Positions 1 to 13,050 of a stretch of DNA of 64,000 bases are shown here, piece after piece; the first letter of the stretch is position 1, and each line of letters begins with the position of its first letter. The translations under genes were made by a program, and so were the position numbers. The notes below the pieces were generated by a model. The model did not search any database. It had not been told where the DNA came from and was given only the letters and a program-made list of their open reading frames with translations. Location: contig NC_043004.1 of the NCBI RefSeq assembly GCF_006345805.1, positions 38,316,001 through 38,380,000 of the forward strand. The letters are read 5' to 3'. This stretch comes from Octopus sinensis. Taxonomy: Eukaryota.

Positions 1-1450
1 TTGGCTCCGGTCATTGGCGACGGGTGTTATACCTGCAGACTGGAGAACAGCGATAATCTGCCCAATTTTCAAGAAAGGGAGCCGCGAAGACCCGCTTAAC
101 TACCGACCGGTTTCCCTTACATCAATAATCAGCAAGATGTTCGAAACCATCCTTAAGAAAAGTATGATGCTCCACCTCCTAAACACAGCCTCTATCTCTG
201 ATTCCCAACACGGCTTCGTGCCGAAGAGATCATGCTTGACCAACTTACTAGTAATGGAAGAATTGATGACGCGCATCCTTGATGATAGTGATGCTGTTGA
301 CATCGTTTTACTGGACTTTGCCAAAGCTTTTGACTCGGTAAACCACCGCCTATTACTTGTCAAGCTTCAAGCATATAGTTTCCATCCGGATATTGTACGA
401 TGGGTTGGTGCCTTCCTCTCAGATCGCTCCTTCCAAGTCCAAGTTAATGGTTCGCGGTCCGACGTCTCCAGTGCGAGCAGTGGCGTGCCTCAAGGTTCAG
501 TGCTTGGGCCCTTGTTGTTCTTAGTCTTCATAAATGACTTGCCCGACGACTTCACGCAAAACACCCTTCTATTTGCCGACGATATCAAACTGGTCGCTCC
601 TCGCGGTAATATAGAAGATCTTCGTCGATGCCTCCACCAAATTTGGAAGTGGTCTAACGATTAGGACCTGTGTCTGAACGTGTCAAAGTGCTGTCATCTG
701 CCTGTCGGCTCTACTCCTGCAACTCAACTTGATTTCGAGCCGGGTCGTCTGCTGCTGGAGAGGACCGATCAGGTAAAGGACCTAGGTATCTTGGTGGATT
801 CCTCCTTTTCGCCTTCGGCCCAGTGCGTCCATGCTGCCAACAAAGCACGCGGAATTCTGTTCTTGATTCGACGGTCATTCGGAATGCTCACAGCAGCCAT
901 ATTCCTACCACTCTATGTCACGCTGGTGAGACCCATATTGGAGTATGGGATTCAAGCCTCTTCTCCTTATCTCCTCAAAGACATACAGCATCTCGAAAGA
1001 GTCCAGAAGCTGGCTACCCGCATGGTTCATGGTCTCAAAAATTTGTCCTACGAAGAAAGGCTGAGGACGCTCGACCTTTATTCTCTTGAAAAGCCGCCGC
1101 CGTAGTGATCTCATTCTCGCCCACAACATCATAAGCGGAAAGTGTACCTCTCGAAAGAGCTGTTCTTCACTCCTGCTCCAGAGCGTCGGCTGCGGGGTCA
1201 TTCCGAAAAGCTCTACCTGCGACGATTTCATCTCAATCGAAGGAGAGGAGCTTTCTCTCCGTCCGGGTTGCGGATCCGTGGAACAAGCTGCCAGACGAGA
1301 TGGTGAAGATGCCGACGACCGCTTTGTTCAAAGCCTCCCTGGACCTCAAGTGGCCTGAACTCTTTACATGAACACCACCCTTTACTTAACTCCATGTCCC
1401 CCTACATGGCCTTGCTATTTGCTTTTGAGCCAAATTAACTAACTAACTAA
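1..1450 (+). mobile_element. CR1-group non-LTR retrotransposon, RT and 3' end (cut by window edge, disrupted)
   Basis: ORFs 14-664 and 680-1105 are in the same frame across one TAG. They carry RT motifs NYRPVSLTS, QHGF, LDFAKAFDSV, GVPQGSVLGPLLF and FADD. The frameshifted C-terminus is CR1-like (LRGHSEKL...RVADPWNKLP) and is followed by a (TAAC)n tail at about 1435-1450. Confidence 0.9.
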
Positions 1451-1680
1451 CTAGCTACTTTGGAAGAAACAGAGGGCTGGAAATAAAAATTGGTACTAAG
1501 CAAATATATATCGCTTTGAGGTGAGTGCATATTAAACATTCTAATGTTTTCCACAGAAAAAAAAAAAATTCTACGAAGGACCATAGAATTCAGTCGCACA
1601 TTTTTTATCATATGCACAACACACATACACACATACTCACTCATGTGTATGTGTGTGTGTGGAAAGTACGTGTGTAGGAG

Positions 1681-1730
<50 letters not shown>

Positions 1731-2714
1731 TATGAATTTTAGAAGACAAACACAAAGTTAAGATTTATTATTATTTTTCTCATGACACTCTTGTCACGTT
1801 GATATACTTATGTACAATTTTTGCTCTGGTTTGATCAAATCTGAAATGAATGCGGTGTTATAATTAATTAGAAGCTTCATTAATAAAATATCAGCATTAA
1901 AACATTACATAGGAACTGAAAAACAATAGAAGCTAAAATGAACGATACAAAAACAAAACATAAAAGAAAAAAAACTGATTTTGTTTCCTAAAACCTTTCA
2001 AGGTCATGTATCCTGTTAGACCAGTTGGAACCTTATAATTCTAGCGAAATAAAATGCTTTTCAGTTTTTTTCCCATACGTTTTCTAAAAGCTTCCACCTG
2101 TTCAGATCAACTTGCACTGCAAAAAAACAATGGTATATATTTTAATGAGAGTAGAAAAATATTCCTCCCCACTGTAAAAAGAAAAAAAAACAATCCATCT
2201 AATTAGTAAGTAAAAATCTGTGCCTTTTGTTTTCTTGTAAAAATAACCACTATTGTTAATAAACGAAATTTGTTGAGAATGTTCACTTGATAGGCTATGA
2301 ATATTCAAAGTATTAGTTTATTTACCTCGCATATAAAGATATTAGATAATAAAATTTTATATAAAAATAGCGTAGTTGGAAATTTTTCGAATGTGATGTT
2401 TGTGAAAGCATAAATATGAGGAATGTAGAATGTTAGGTTTCACACACATACACACACACACACACTTACTCACACACATACATATACATATATACATATA
2501 CATTTCGTTACACAGTAGACAAAATGCTAAACGATATTTCGTCCGTCTTTACTTTGTGAGTTCAAATTCCGCCGTCGTCGGCTTTACTTTTCATCCTTTC
2601 GGGGTCGATAAAGAACTACAGGCGATGTAATCAGCTAGCTTCCTCTCCCATATTTTCAGGTTTTGTTCGTATAGTACAAAGGACTATTTAGATAATTTCG
2701 GGTACCGCCCAATG

Positions 2715-3246
2715 TAAATTAGCGGGTTCGAAACGCAGTCTGAGAAGACGACGAATACAGAAGCGATCGAAGACCTCCAGCTTCTGGGGATCAGCAACAC
2801 GCATTGGCCAGGTCTCACAACCAGAAGAGAACCGTTCGGACAAGCGCCTGGTAAATGTAGCAGCTACCATCACTGCGGTTTCTCACCTCTTGAGGGAACT
2901 CTTCTGACGAGCAGTCTTCCAGATGAGTTTGTCATGGGGGCAACGTGTTGCGCCGCTCTCATGACAAACTCGTCTGTAAGGCGATAGCATCAGATCCTAC
3001 CCTGGGTTCGTGTAAGCAGAGAGGTGGTCAGCTGAAGGTGTGGGTCATGACTGTCAAAGCAGATAAGGAACTTGTTTCCGGCCCTCGAGTCTTGGGCGTT
3101 CGTCGCTGCAACAGGGAATGGCTTCAACATGTGGCAGAATCGGCTCTTGACTGATGTGCGTGGACCGCTTTGAGCCCGTGGCGCAGTGAACTCAATAGGA
3201 GCCGGCTTAACTCCTTCCAGGTGAGTACCGTAACAAGACAAGACGA
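2715..3246. mobile_element. RTE-clade LINE 3' fragment with inverted 5' part
   Basis: The minus strand at about 2715-2935 reads IYQALVRTV..GCETWPMRV..LEVFDRFCIRRLLR. The plus strand at 2935-3246 reads NVLRR..QRGGQLKVW..KAD and ends in an (AAGAC)n tail. Flanks ggtaccgcccaatg (2701-2714) and ggtaccggccgatg (3247-3260) look like a TSD (12/14 match). Confidence 0.75.
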
Positions 3247-4019
3247 GGTACCGGCCGATGCGTTAACGTTTCTGCCAACTCGCCTTCCTACCGTATTTTA
3301 TACAAGATGTGAGTTTAGAAAATGATTTAAAAATAATTAGTGTTCCAGGCTTATTGAACCTTTATGAAGGAACTTCACCGAAGAAATGGGATATGCTCCA
3401 AAATGTTAATTAAATTTTACTTGAATAAAAATATATGTGTTTATAAAATAAATGATATTTGCTGTTCGGTGTTTATTTATCACATTTCAAGAACCGCTTA
3501 GTTATCACATCTAACAAGCGAGTCTGTTCCGTTGCAAGCATACTGACCAGATTTTCGGTCTGAGTATACATTTCTTTTCTACCAGTAACAGAAACCCTAC
3601 AAAGGTAAAAAGTGCTGCCCTTCCTTCTACAATTCATTCATGGTGGGTGGAAGGAGGGGGTGGGGAGAAGAAATCTTTCAAAGAACGATGGTGGCAGGAT
3701 CGATAAAACGCCAACCAAAATGTATTAGTTGTGTTTTTAAGTTCAAATCACAATACAATTTGACATTTCATCCTTCTGCATTTGAAAAAAATAATTAATG
3801 ATCAAATACTGGATTGATTTAATCGAAGACATCTTCCCACAGAATGAACGATCTTGTGTTAGAAATCATACTGATGATTTGCAAATGAGAATTTACATGT
3901 GATAGGTTCACTTGCTGCTGACTTTGTGGCAAGTACTAACTACTCTCACTGGAAATATCCTCCAACGATACAAGAATATTCCTTTCTACTCTAGGCACTA
4001 GCCCTGAAATTTTGGGGAA

Positions 4020-4762
4020 GGGGGCAGTCGATTAGACTGACCCCATTATGCAACTGGTACTTAATTTACTGACCTCGAAAGAATGAAAGTCAAAGCCGAC
4101 CTCGGCGGAATTTGAACTCAGAACGTAAAGGCAGACGATATATCGCTTAGCATTTCGCCCGGCGTGATAACGTTTTTTATTTATTTATTGCCCACAAGGA
4201 GCTAAACATAGAGGGAACAAATAAGGACAGACAAAGGGATTAAGTCGATTACATCGATCCCAGTGCGTAACTGGTACTTAATTTATCGACCCCGAAAGGA
4301 TGAAAGGCAAAGTCGACCTCGGCGGAATTTGAACTCAGAACGTAACGGCAGACGAAATACCTATTTCTTTACTACCCACAAGGGGCTAAACACAGAGCGG
4401 ACAAACAAGGACAGATTATATCGACCCCAGTGCGTAACCGATACTTATTTAATCGACCCCGAAGGGATGAAAGGCGAAGTCGACCTCGGCGGAATTTGAA
4501 TTCAGAACGTAGCAGCAGACGAACTACTCATTTCTTTACCATCCACAAGGGGCTAAAAACAGAGAGGACAAACAAGGACTGACAAACGGATTAAGTCGAT
4601 TACACCGACCCATGTGCGTAATTGGTACTTAATTTATCGACTCCGAAAGGATGAAAGGCAAAGTCGACCTCGGCAGAATTTGAACTCAGAACGTAACGGC
4701 AGACGAAATATGGCTACGCATTTCGCCCGGCGTGCTAACGCTTCTGCCAGCTCGCCGCCTTA
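4020..4762 (-). mobile_element. Tandem multimer of tRNA-derived SINE family 1 (octopus OK-like)
   Basis: Repeated units of about 170 bp contain gaaaggatgaaaggcaaagtcgacctcggcggaatttgaactcagaacgtaac (B-box GAGTTCAAATTCC on the minus strand). The head aggcggcgagctggcagaa lies at the right end. The family name comes from recall and was not searched. Confidence 0.8.
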
Positions 4763-5027
4763 TACAACAAGAATGTTAGATGAGGAAATCTTTCTACCTT
4801 ATTGAAATAAACGTTTCTCTCTTAATCACATTATGTCCTCTTGAACAAATATGGAAGACATTGGGTGACGTAGCCTCAAATAAACTATCTAGAAAAGACT
4901 ACGGTAGTCTGATCAGTTGTTAGAATATCTTTGATCATATCTCAACTAGATTAGATCTGCTGCTAAATAATAACACACACACACACACACAAATTCAATA
5001 AATAAAAGTTTAAATTTCATTTCTTAG

Positions 5028-5175
5028 ACGTTGAACTTACAAATTACAATTTTCTCAAGAAAGCCAAGAGAAAAAAATGTTTTATTTTGACGCATTCTAC
5101 CAGTATACGAAGTTTAAAAGTGTTTAGTTAACTAGAAATTGTGTTGAAAACTGCCGTTCAAAAGGAAAAGATCCC
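5028..5175. mobile_element. One end of the MITE family seen complete at 40787-41349
   Basis: Near-identical to 41203-41349, including the terminal ...gccgttcaaaaggaaaagatcc. Confidence 0.8.
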
Positions 5176-5504
5176 TATTGCTGCTGACTACATAATTGTT
5201 CATGTTGACAATAGAATTGCTTTCACTGTTGTTGCCGTTGACTGCATTATTGCTGTCGTTGTTCTTTTGAAAGTATTATAACTTGTCATTGTTCTCATTG
5301 ACAATACAATTGCTGTTATTGTTGTTACTGACAATATCAATGCTATTGATGATGCCGACAGCATAACGGCTGTCATTGTTGTCTTCGAAAGTATTGTTGT
5401 TGTTATTTACTTTGCTATTGTTATTGTAGTTGTTGACAGTATGTCTTTTGTCGTCGTTGCTGTTGTTGACAGCATTATTATCGTTGTTGTTGTTCGGATT
5501 ACTC

Positions 5505-5717
5505 TTTACTCTTTTACTCTTTTACTTGTTTCAGTCATTTGACTGCGGCCATGCTGGAGCACCGCCTTTAGTCGAGCAAATCGACCCCGGGACTTATTCT
5601 TTGTAAGCCCAGTACTTATTCTATCGACCTCTTTTGCCGAACCGCTATGTGACGGGAACGTAAACACACCAGCATCGGTTGTCAAGCAATGCTAGGGGGA
5701 CAAACACAGACATACAA

Positions 5718-5748
<31 letters not shown>

Positions 5749-6136
5749 CATATATATACGACAAGCTTCTTTCAGTTTCCGTCTACCAAATCCACTCACA
5801 AGGCATTGGTCAGCCCGGGGCTATAGCAGAAGACACTTGCCCAAGATGCCACGCAGTGGGACTGAACCCGGAACCATGTGGTTGGTTAGCAAGCTACTTA
5901 CCACACAGCCACTCCTGCGCCTACTGCTGTATTTGTTACTCTCTTTTACTCTTTTACTCTTTTACTTGTTTCAGTCATTTGACTGTGGCCGTGCTGGAGC
6001 ACCACCTTTTTAGTCGAGCAAATCGACCTCAGGACTTATTCTTTGTAAGCCTAGTACTTATTCTATCAGTCTCTTTTGCCGAACCGCATCGGTTTTCGAG
6101 CGATGTTGTGGGGGGGGGGCAAACACAGACATACAA

Positions 6137-6185
<49 letters not shown>

Positions 6186-6350
6186 CATATATACGATGGG
6201 CTTCTTTCAGTTTCCGTCTACAAAATCCACTCACAAGGCTTTGGTCGGCCCGAGGCTATAGTAGAAGACACTTGCCCAATGTGCCACGCAGTGGGACTGA
6301 ACCCGGAACCATGTGGTTCGTAAGCAAGCTACTTACCACATAGCCACTCG
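5505..6350 (-). mobile_element. Two tandem tRNA-derived SINEs, family 2 (OR/CORE-like)
   Basis: Copies at about 5505-5922 and 5950-6350. The minus-strand head aggcgcaggagtggctgtgtggt...ggttccgggttcagtccc carries A and B boxes. It is followed by a CORE-like cttgggcaagtgtcttct, an internal (TA/TG)n, and a 3' tail ggcggtgctccagcatggccgcag...gaaacaag(taaaagag)n. Confidence 0.85.
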
Positions 6351-6964
6351 GTTAATATTTTCATCCATCTCCTAAAGTGAGTTCAACGTTAACATATTTA
6401 TTTATTGGTATTGACATTATTTATGTGTAGTCGTAGTAATTACTAAAGATATTTCCTACTCTAAAAGACAGCAACAAATGTCAGTTTCTTTTATTTTCCC
6501 CCGCCTCAGAATATTTATTCCCTTCTCTTGAGACCAACCTCCTTCAATCGTCATAGTAATTGTTATGTTGTTGTAAGGGAACTTTTCGTATGATGCTAGA
6601 ATAAATTAGCGAATAATAAACGTGTTACCTCTGATTGTTTTTTTTTTTATGTAAGGACAATGCAAAGAATTCCCCTAATAAATCTAATTTTATCGAAAAA
6701 GAAACCAAATAAAGAAACAAATCTCACCGGAGAGGCTTGACGGTTTTCTTAATAGGATAACATTTTACAGTAGCAGCAACAGCAGCAGCAGCATCATCAC
6801 CACCACCACCACCACCACCACCACCACCACTGATTTCTTTTATTTGCCTCTTTTATTTGTGACAAGTGAGGAGGACGATACAAAAATGGACTTAAAGTGT
6901 GAGATTTACATAAAATGGTAAGAAAAAATATAAGCGCTATACAATATAAACAAAAGAAATGAAG

Positions 6965-6995
<31 letters not shown>

Positions 6996-7459
6996 TACAT
7001 CAGTTGAAAAGTACACTTGATTGTAGTGTAATCTTGATACAGGAAGAACTCTAGGGCCAATCGAGGAAACCCACTAACCAAGATCGCTCTGAACACCAAG
7101 GGGAAATACCTGCTCTAATTTCTTTTTTCCTATTCACAGGTCTGTTCTTATCGTAGTGCCACCCGTCCTAGCCTTTCTTACAACTTTTACCTACCTTTCA
7201 ATAAATTCCGAGCTTAACAACGACGAAAACTGTATATATCTTTGACAGACCAGGACGAGGACGCACTCCGTTCTGGTCCGTAAGATACCGAATTGTGGCT
7301 TTGTCGCTATGTCATTATCGTCGGCGCTGTTGTTCTTGTTGTTCTTCTTCCAATCATTAGCCACAAAGAATAATCTCTAATTCGAGCCTACTCTAAGCTA
7401 CTAAGAATGCGTGTGGCAACTTGAAGATAGACTGGCCGTTGCACGGACGCGAAAGTTAC

Positions 7460-7758
7460 GTTGTTATTCTCATTCCGTAAACGGTGGAGAGCTGAACCAT
7501 CCTGGGATTCTGCAAGTTTACCACACCATAGTGGGTTACGCCATGGTTACTCTGCTTTGTGGCAGAAGTAGGAAGAAAGAGTGAGAGAAAGTTGTGGTGA
7601 AAGAGTACAGCGAGGATCACCACCACCCCACACCGGAGTCTCGAGGCGCTTAGGTGTTTTTGCTCAATAAACACTCACAATGCCCGGTCTGGGAATCGAA
7701 ACCGCGTTCTTACGACCGCGAGTCCGCTGCCCTAACCACTGGGTCACTGCGCCTCCAT
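7460..7758 (-). mobile_element. tRNA-derived SINE, family 3
   Basis: The minus strand starts tggaggcgcagtgacccagtggttagggcagcggactcgcggtcgtaagaacgcggtttcgattccc (A- and B-box-like) and continues into a non-tRNA body. Confidence 0.7.
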
Positions 7759-8061
7759 GCCGCCATTGTTGTTGGAAATGATGACGAAGCTTAATTCATA
7801 TTTTGTTGTTATTGTCGTAGTTGCATTTTAGTGGGCTGTCGTTATCGTTGTTGAAACCTGGTGAGACTGAGTGGCTATCTCCTAAGGTAGCTATAATGTC
7901 GCCTTTGCAAGCAAGAGTGAAACCTGAAATTGTTTCAAGATGAGGTAGGACATATTATAAATATATCTGCTACCAAAACTCCCTTGTTTAAAAATAATTT
8001 AGCTATGTTGGAAAATTAAATCGAAATAATCCTTTCCGCTTAAGACACAATTTGTAGTGGA

Positions 8062-8170
8062 TCTAATCGATTACATCGACCACAGTGCTCAACTAATACT
8101 TACTTTATCGACCTCGAAAAGATGAAAGGCAAAGTCGACTTCGGTGAAATTTCAACTCAGAACGCAAAAA
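8062..8170 (-). mobile_element. SINE family 1 fragment
   Basis: tcgattacatcgacc...gaaaagatgaaaggcaaagtcgacttcggtgaaatttcaactcagaacg matches the family 1 body. Confidence 0.7.
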
Positions 8171-8499
8171 CGAAATTGATTCACTGTAATACAAAGTAGA
8201 TTTTAAAAGATAAGCATAAAGCGCGTTCCACATTCAACAGGCGAGGATAGCTGTTATAACAGTTGCTCTGCCACCTTCGAAAACAAAAGCATAGCAGATG
8301 CGAAAATTGTTTCAAAAGGTTTGCAAACTTAAAACCAATGTGGCTTTCATACTTACGGCCATTAAAAAAAATAACAAATTATACACAATGTAGTTATTTG
8401 CAGAGTTAGCAGAGTCTAAGATAAAAAAAAGAAAGGAAAAAGAAAATCATCAAGAAAATGTGATTAGAAAAGATTAGTGAAACTTAATTTCTGTCGTTG

Positions 8500-8750
8500 A
8501 AAAGGATAAACGAATAAGGGATGACGAGTATAGCTGGCCTTGGTTAAGAAAAGAATATTTAAGAGAGAGAAGTGATTGATTATTAGCAGCACAGAGACAA
8601 GCATTGAAGATAAACCGGATCAATGTAGGATGTGTGATGAAACGATATTTGATTGCTCACAGATAGTTCACAGTAAACATAAAACAGACATATGATAATG
8701 TTATTGCCATAATTCGATTGCAATTTTTGCGAGAGGTTCTCACTTTGTGA
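8500..8750 (+). mobile_element. Degenerate R4/Dong-clade LINE fragment
   Basis: Frameshifted translation resembles WPWLRK..LLAAQ.QAL..CRMCDETI..RHDNV, the zinc-knuckle region seen more intact at 17700-17950. Confidence 0.55.
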
Positions 8751-8910
8751 GAAAATGCTTAAAATGCTGAACTTTCCCATAAAAAAAAAACGAAAGGAGC
8801 GCAACATGTTGAATATTGTGAGTTTCATCTCTTTGGCGTGTACATACATACACATGCACAAACACACAAACACGCACACAGAAACACAAGCAACAACAAC
8901 AACAACAACA

Positions 8911-8945
<35 letters not shown>

Positions 8946-9467
8946 GAAAAGGGAAAAGATTAAAAGTAAAGTATTTTACTGCCTGGAAACATGACTTAAG
9001 TGCTGAAACCAAAAAGACAAAAAAAAACAAAAAAAGATCAGGATCCTGGCAATTATCAATGGAGTTTACGAAACTGATCAAGAATACGAAATTAAAACTT
9101 AGAAAGTTGTAGCTTAATCTGGGAAAATAAAAATACTCTGTCAAAAAGTTGCTGTTGTGAATACCTCTCGGATGGATCTGCTTTAAGGAAATTATACAAT
9201 GACCTTTTCAATTTATGGAAACAACATTTTGTGTCATTCCATGGGTTGAAGTACTCGAGTTGCTTTCTGTCAAGCAAAGATGACGACTCAGAGTCTTTTT
9301 AGAGTTGTAAGGAGAAGTGAAAACAAGGACAAACTGTTTTACGTTTAAAGTACTATTACAATTTTATATAATTCAAAAATATATTTCAAAATCCGGTTGG
9401 AAGTCTCTCGTGTTTGACCAGTGAACGCTTCTGCTTGTGAAATTTTCTGCTGATCCGATGCATATAA

Positions 9468-9585
<118 letters not shown>

Positions 9586-9659
9586 TAATCCAAACATGAA
9601 AACACAAAGAGAACAAATATAGTGTTATTGGACGCTCAGGAAGGAAGGAAAGAAGGAAG

Positions 9660-9696
9660 GTTTAACGTTTCGAGCGGAGCTCTTCGTCAGAAACAT
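9660..9696 (-). ncRNA. Minimal type I hammerhead ribozyme motif (Penelope-associated type)
   Basis: The minus strand reads GUUU CUGACGA A GAGC-UCC-GCUC GAAAC GUU^ AAAC. It has the conserved CUGANGA and GAAA core, a 4-bp stem II, a 4-bp stem I (GUUU/AAAC), a palindromic ACGU stem III with no loop, and a GUU cleavage triplet. Confidence 0.65.
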
Positions 9697-9945
9697 AGGA
9701 AAAGGAAAGATCCAAAGAAGGGAAGACAGAGGAAAAAAATCGCCAACGGTACACACGCGGCCACATGCATACATATATATATATATATATATATATGCAA
9801 CTGATGTAGGATAAAATGTTTTTCGAAAAAAAATTTTATCAATGGCCAGTACATCAAAAATACCTTTAAAGGTTAAATTTATAAATAACTTATACAATAA
9901 GGGCAAAAGAAAAATTCTAATGCCAAATATACCGAAAAAAAGACA

Positions 9946-10188
9946 AAATTGTCAATAACCATTATAATTTATGCGTCTCGAAACAAGCCGATAGAAATTT
10001 CTAAAAAATTCGTTATTACCGTATTGGTCCCAGTTTCGGAGTTAATTCATAAGAAATTTCCCCTCTTCAGCGATAAATACGTAAGACATAAATGAAATAC
10101 TTACTCATACCCATGGAAAAGGCAATCACTTAGAAATTTCTATCGGCTTGTTTCGAGACGCATAAATTATAATGGTTATTGACAATTT
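9946..10188. repeat. 59-bp perfect inverted repeat with 125-bp spacer
   Basis: 9946-10004 (aaattgtcaataacc...gaaatttctaa) is the exact reverse complement of 10130-10188. Confidence 0.9.
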
Positions 10189-11522
10189 CAGGTTGAGTAG
10201 CCCATCATGCTCAAAATGTATATCTGTTTCAGGACGATGAAGAAACATCTATGTTTCCACAGGTAAATTATTCAAACCCCAAATAATACTTCTGCTCGTG
10301 ATCAGAGATGCACATACTGTCAGCCACTAAGGGACATACTCAATAGGTTAAGGTCAAGCACCTGACAAGCAAATCTGTGGTATTGTGCAGAATATTTGCT
10401 GCAGCCCATCTTTTATACCAAGACAAAACAATGTACATGATAACCTGTCCAATTAGTTAAGATCAAAAGCCATGAGAGCCACTGCATTTATTATTATTAT
10501 TAATAATATTATTATTATTATTATTCAGTAGTTTTATTTTTATAGCGTGCTTTCACTTCACTACCGAGCACAGCTCTGTGTGCCTTGGGTATGTGCTGTG
10601 ATTTGTTGTGATGCTCTGATGGTTATTGTATGGAAAGTGTTCTGCGTAGGATGTGTGCAGTGCCTAGTAGAGCAATTTTCTGTATGTTATATGTGTTTGT
10701 AAGTCCTGGTGTTTTTGTTATGTATTTGTCTGAATATTTTTTTATCATGCCTAATGCACCTACTATGATAGGAATTGTTTCTGTTTTCAGATTCCACATT
10801 CTAGTTACCTCTATTTACAGGTCTTTGTATTTTGAGAGTTTCTCCATTTCTTTTAGAGACACGTTGTCATCAGCGGTATTGATACATCAATTAGAAAGCA
10901 TTTTTTTCTTCATGATCTTGACAACTATATCGGTCTGTTGGCCTTAATTTCTCTATATTATTATTATTATGAGTGAGAGAGCAGTTCATGCCATCAAAGT
11001 GACACTGGGGTAAATATACGAAGCCCAATATACCCATCATGACTACCCGTATGATAAAGGTACACCAGGCACATGCATCACAACCATATGTGCGCGACAT
11101 GGTGATCTCATATCAAGATAAACAGCACATGACCTTGCAGGTGGGGCCCAGTTAGAATTTTCTTCAGGTTGAGTAGCCCATCCTGCTCAAACGGTCCCTG
11201 AATAAGGGTTGCTTTAGGATGTTGAACGAAACACCTATGTTTCCAGAGGTAAACCATTCAAACTCCAAAGAATCCCTCTCAACACATGGCTATGATGCTC
11301 CCCCACTACTTCTGCTCGTGATCAGAGATGCACATATCGTCAGCCACTAAGGGACATGCTCAACTGGTTAAGGTCAAACAACTGACAAGCAAATCTGTGG
11401 TATTGAGCAGAATATTTGCTGTAGCCCATCTTTTATACGAGATAAAACAATGTACATGATAACACTTCCAATCAGTTAAGATCAGAAGCCATGAGAGCCA
11501 CTGCCTTGGTACTGCATCTGGG

Positions 11523-11553
<31 letters not shown>

Positions 11554-12100
11554 GAGTGAGAGAGCAGTTCATGCCATCAAAGTGACACTGGGGTAAATAT
11601 ACGAAGCCCAATATACCCATCATGACTACCCGTCTGATAAAGGTACACCAGGCACATGCATCACAACCAATGTGCGCGACATGGTGATCTCATATCAAGA
11701 TAACAGCACATGACCTTGCAGGGGGGCCAGTTAGAATTTTCTTCAGGTTGAGTAGCCCATCCTGCTCAAACGGTCCCTGAATAAGGGTTGCTTTAGGATG
11801 TTGAACGAAACACCTATGTTCCAGAGGTAAACCATTCAAACTCCAAAGAATCCCTCTCAACACATGGCTATGATGCTCCCCCACTACTTCTGCTCGTGAT
11901 CAGAGATGCACATATCGTCAGCCACTAAGGGACATGCTCAACTGGTTAAGGTCAAACAACTGACAAGCAAATCTGTGGTATTGAGCAGAATATTTGCTGT
12001 AGCCCATCTTTTATACCGAGATAAAACAATGTACATGATAACACTTCCAATCAGTTAAGATCAGAAGCCATGAGAGCCACTGCCTGGTACTGCATCTGGG

Positions 12101-12131
<31 letters not shown>

Positions 12132-12680
12132 GAGTGAGAGAGCAGTTCATGCCATAAAAGTGACACTGGGGTAAAATATACGAAGCCCAATATACCCATC
12201 ATGACTACCCGTCTGATAAAGGTACACCAGGCACATGCATCACAACCATATGTGCGCGACATGGTGATCTCATATCAAGATAAACAGCACATGACCTTGC
12301 AGGTGGGGCCCAGTTAGAATTTTCTTCAGGTTGAGTAGCCCATCCCGCTCAAACGTCCCTGAATAAGGGTTGTTTAAGGATGTTGAAAGAACCACCCATG
12401 TTTCCAGAGGTGAACTATTCAAACCCCAAAGAATCCCTCTCAATACATGGCTATGATGCTCCCCCACTACTTCTGCTCGTGATCAGAGACGCACATATCG
12501 TCAGCCACTAGAGACATGCTCAACTGGTTAAGTCAAAAACTGACAAGCAAATCTGTGGTATTGAGCAGAATATTTGCTGTAGCCCATCTTTTATACCAAG
12601 ACAAAACAATGTACATGAAACACTTCCAATCAGTTAAGATCAGAAGCCATGAGAGCCCTGCCTGGTACTGCATCAGGGCA
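10189..12680. repeat. Array of a ~550-bp interspersed repeat (family 4) embedded in (ATT)n
   Basis: One partial copy (10189-10487) and three full copies (about 10966-11523, 11548-12100, 12128-12680) are each bounded by (ATT)n. The same family recurs inverted at 54400-54745 and in part at 54985-55245. No tRNA head or ORF was recognised. Confidence 0.85.
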
Positions 12681-12744
<64 letters not shown>

Positions 12745-12761
12745 TATTATTATTATTATTA

Positions 12762-12988
12762 TATTTGGTTTCTTTTCATTATAACTTTATTTCAGCTGCC
12801 TTAGTACCGGGCATCCTCCGAAGGCCAGAGTAGCAAGGGCACTTTTGTTTTGCTATGTATGCTAAAATTATCACCACATTTATTCCATTTTAGATGGAGT
12901 GTGCTTTCCGTAGTATATGGGCTGTACCCATCAGGGAGATTGAAGTTACCAGGGAGTTGCTTAATATGCTTGTATTGGGAAGTTCCAA

Positions 12989-13050
<62 letters not shown>

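Noticed and set aside
4200-4760. Regularly spaced repeats resembling a CRISPR array
   Set aside because: The units are whole ~170-bp SINE bodies with no unique spacers, and the context is eukaryotic with no cas genes.
7139-7285. Possible small exons (cacag/ at 7139, gacag/...gtaaga near 7247-7283)
   Set aside because: Splice-like signals only, with no homology, partner exon or recognisable peptide.
5850-7758. tRNA-like sequences with A and B boxes
   Set aside because: They do not close a cloverleaf and continue into SINE bodies, so they are SINE heads rather than tRNA genes.
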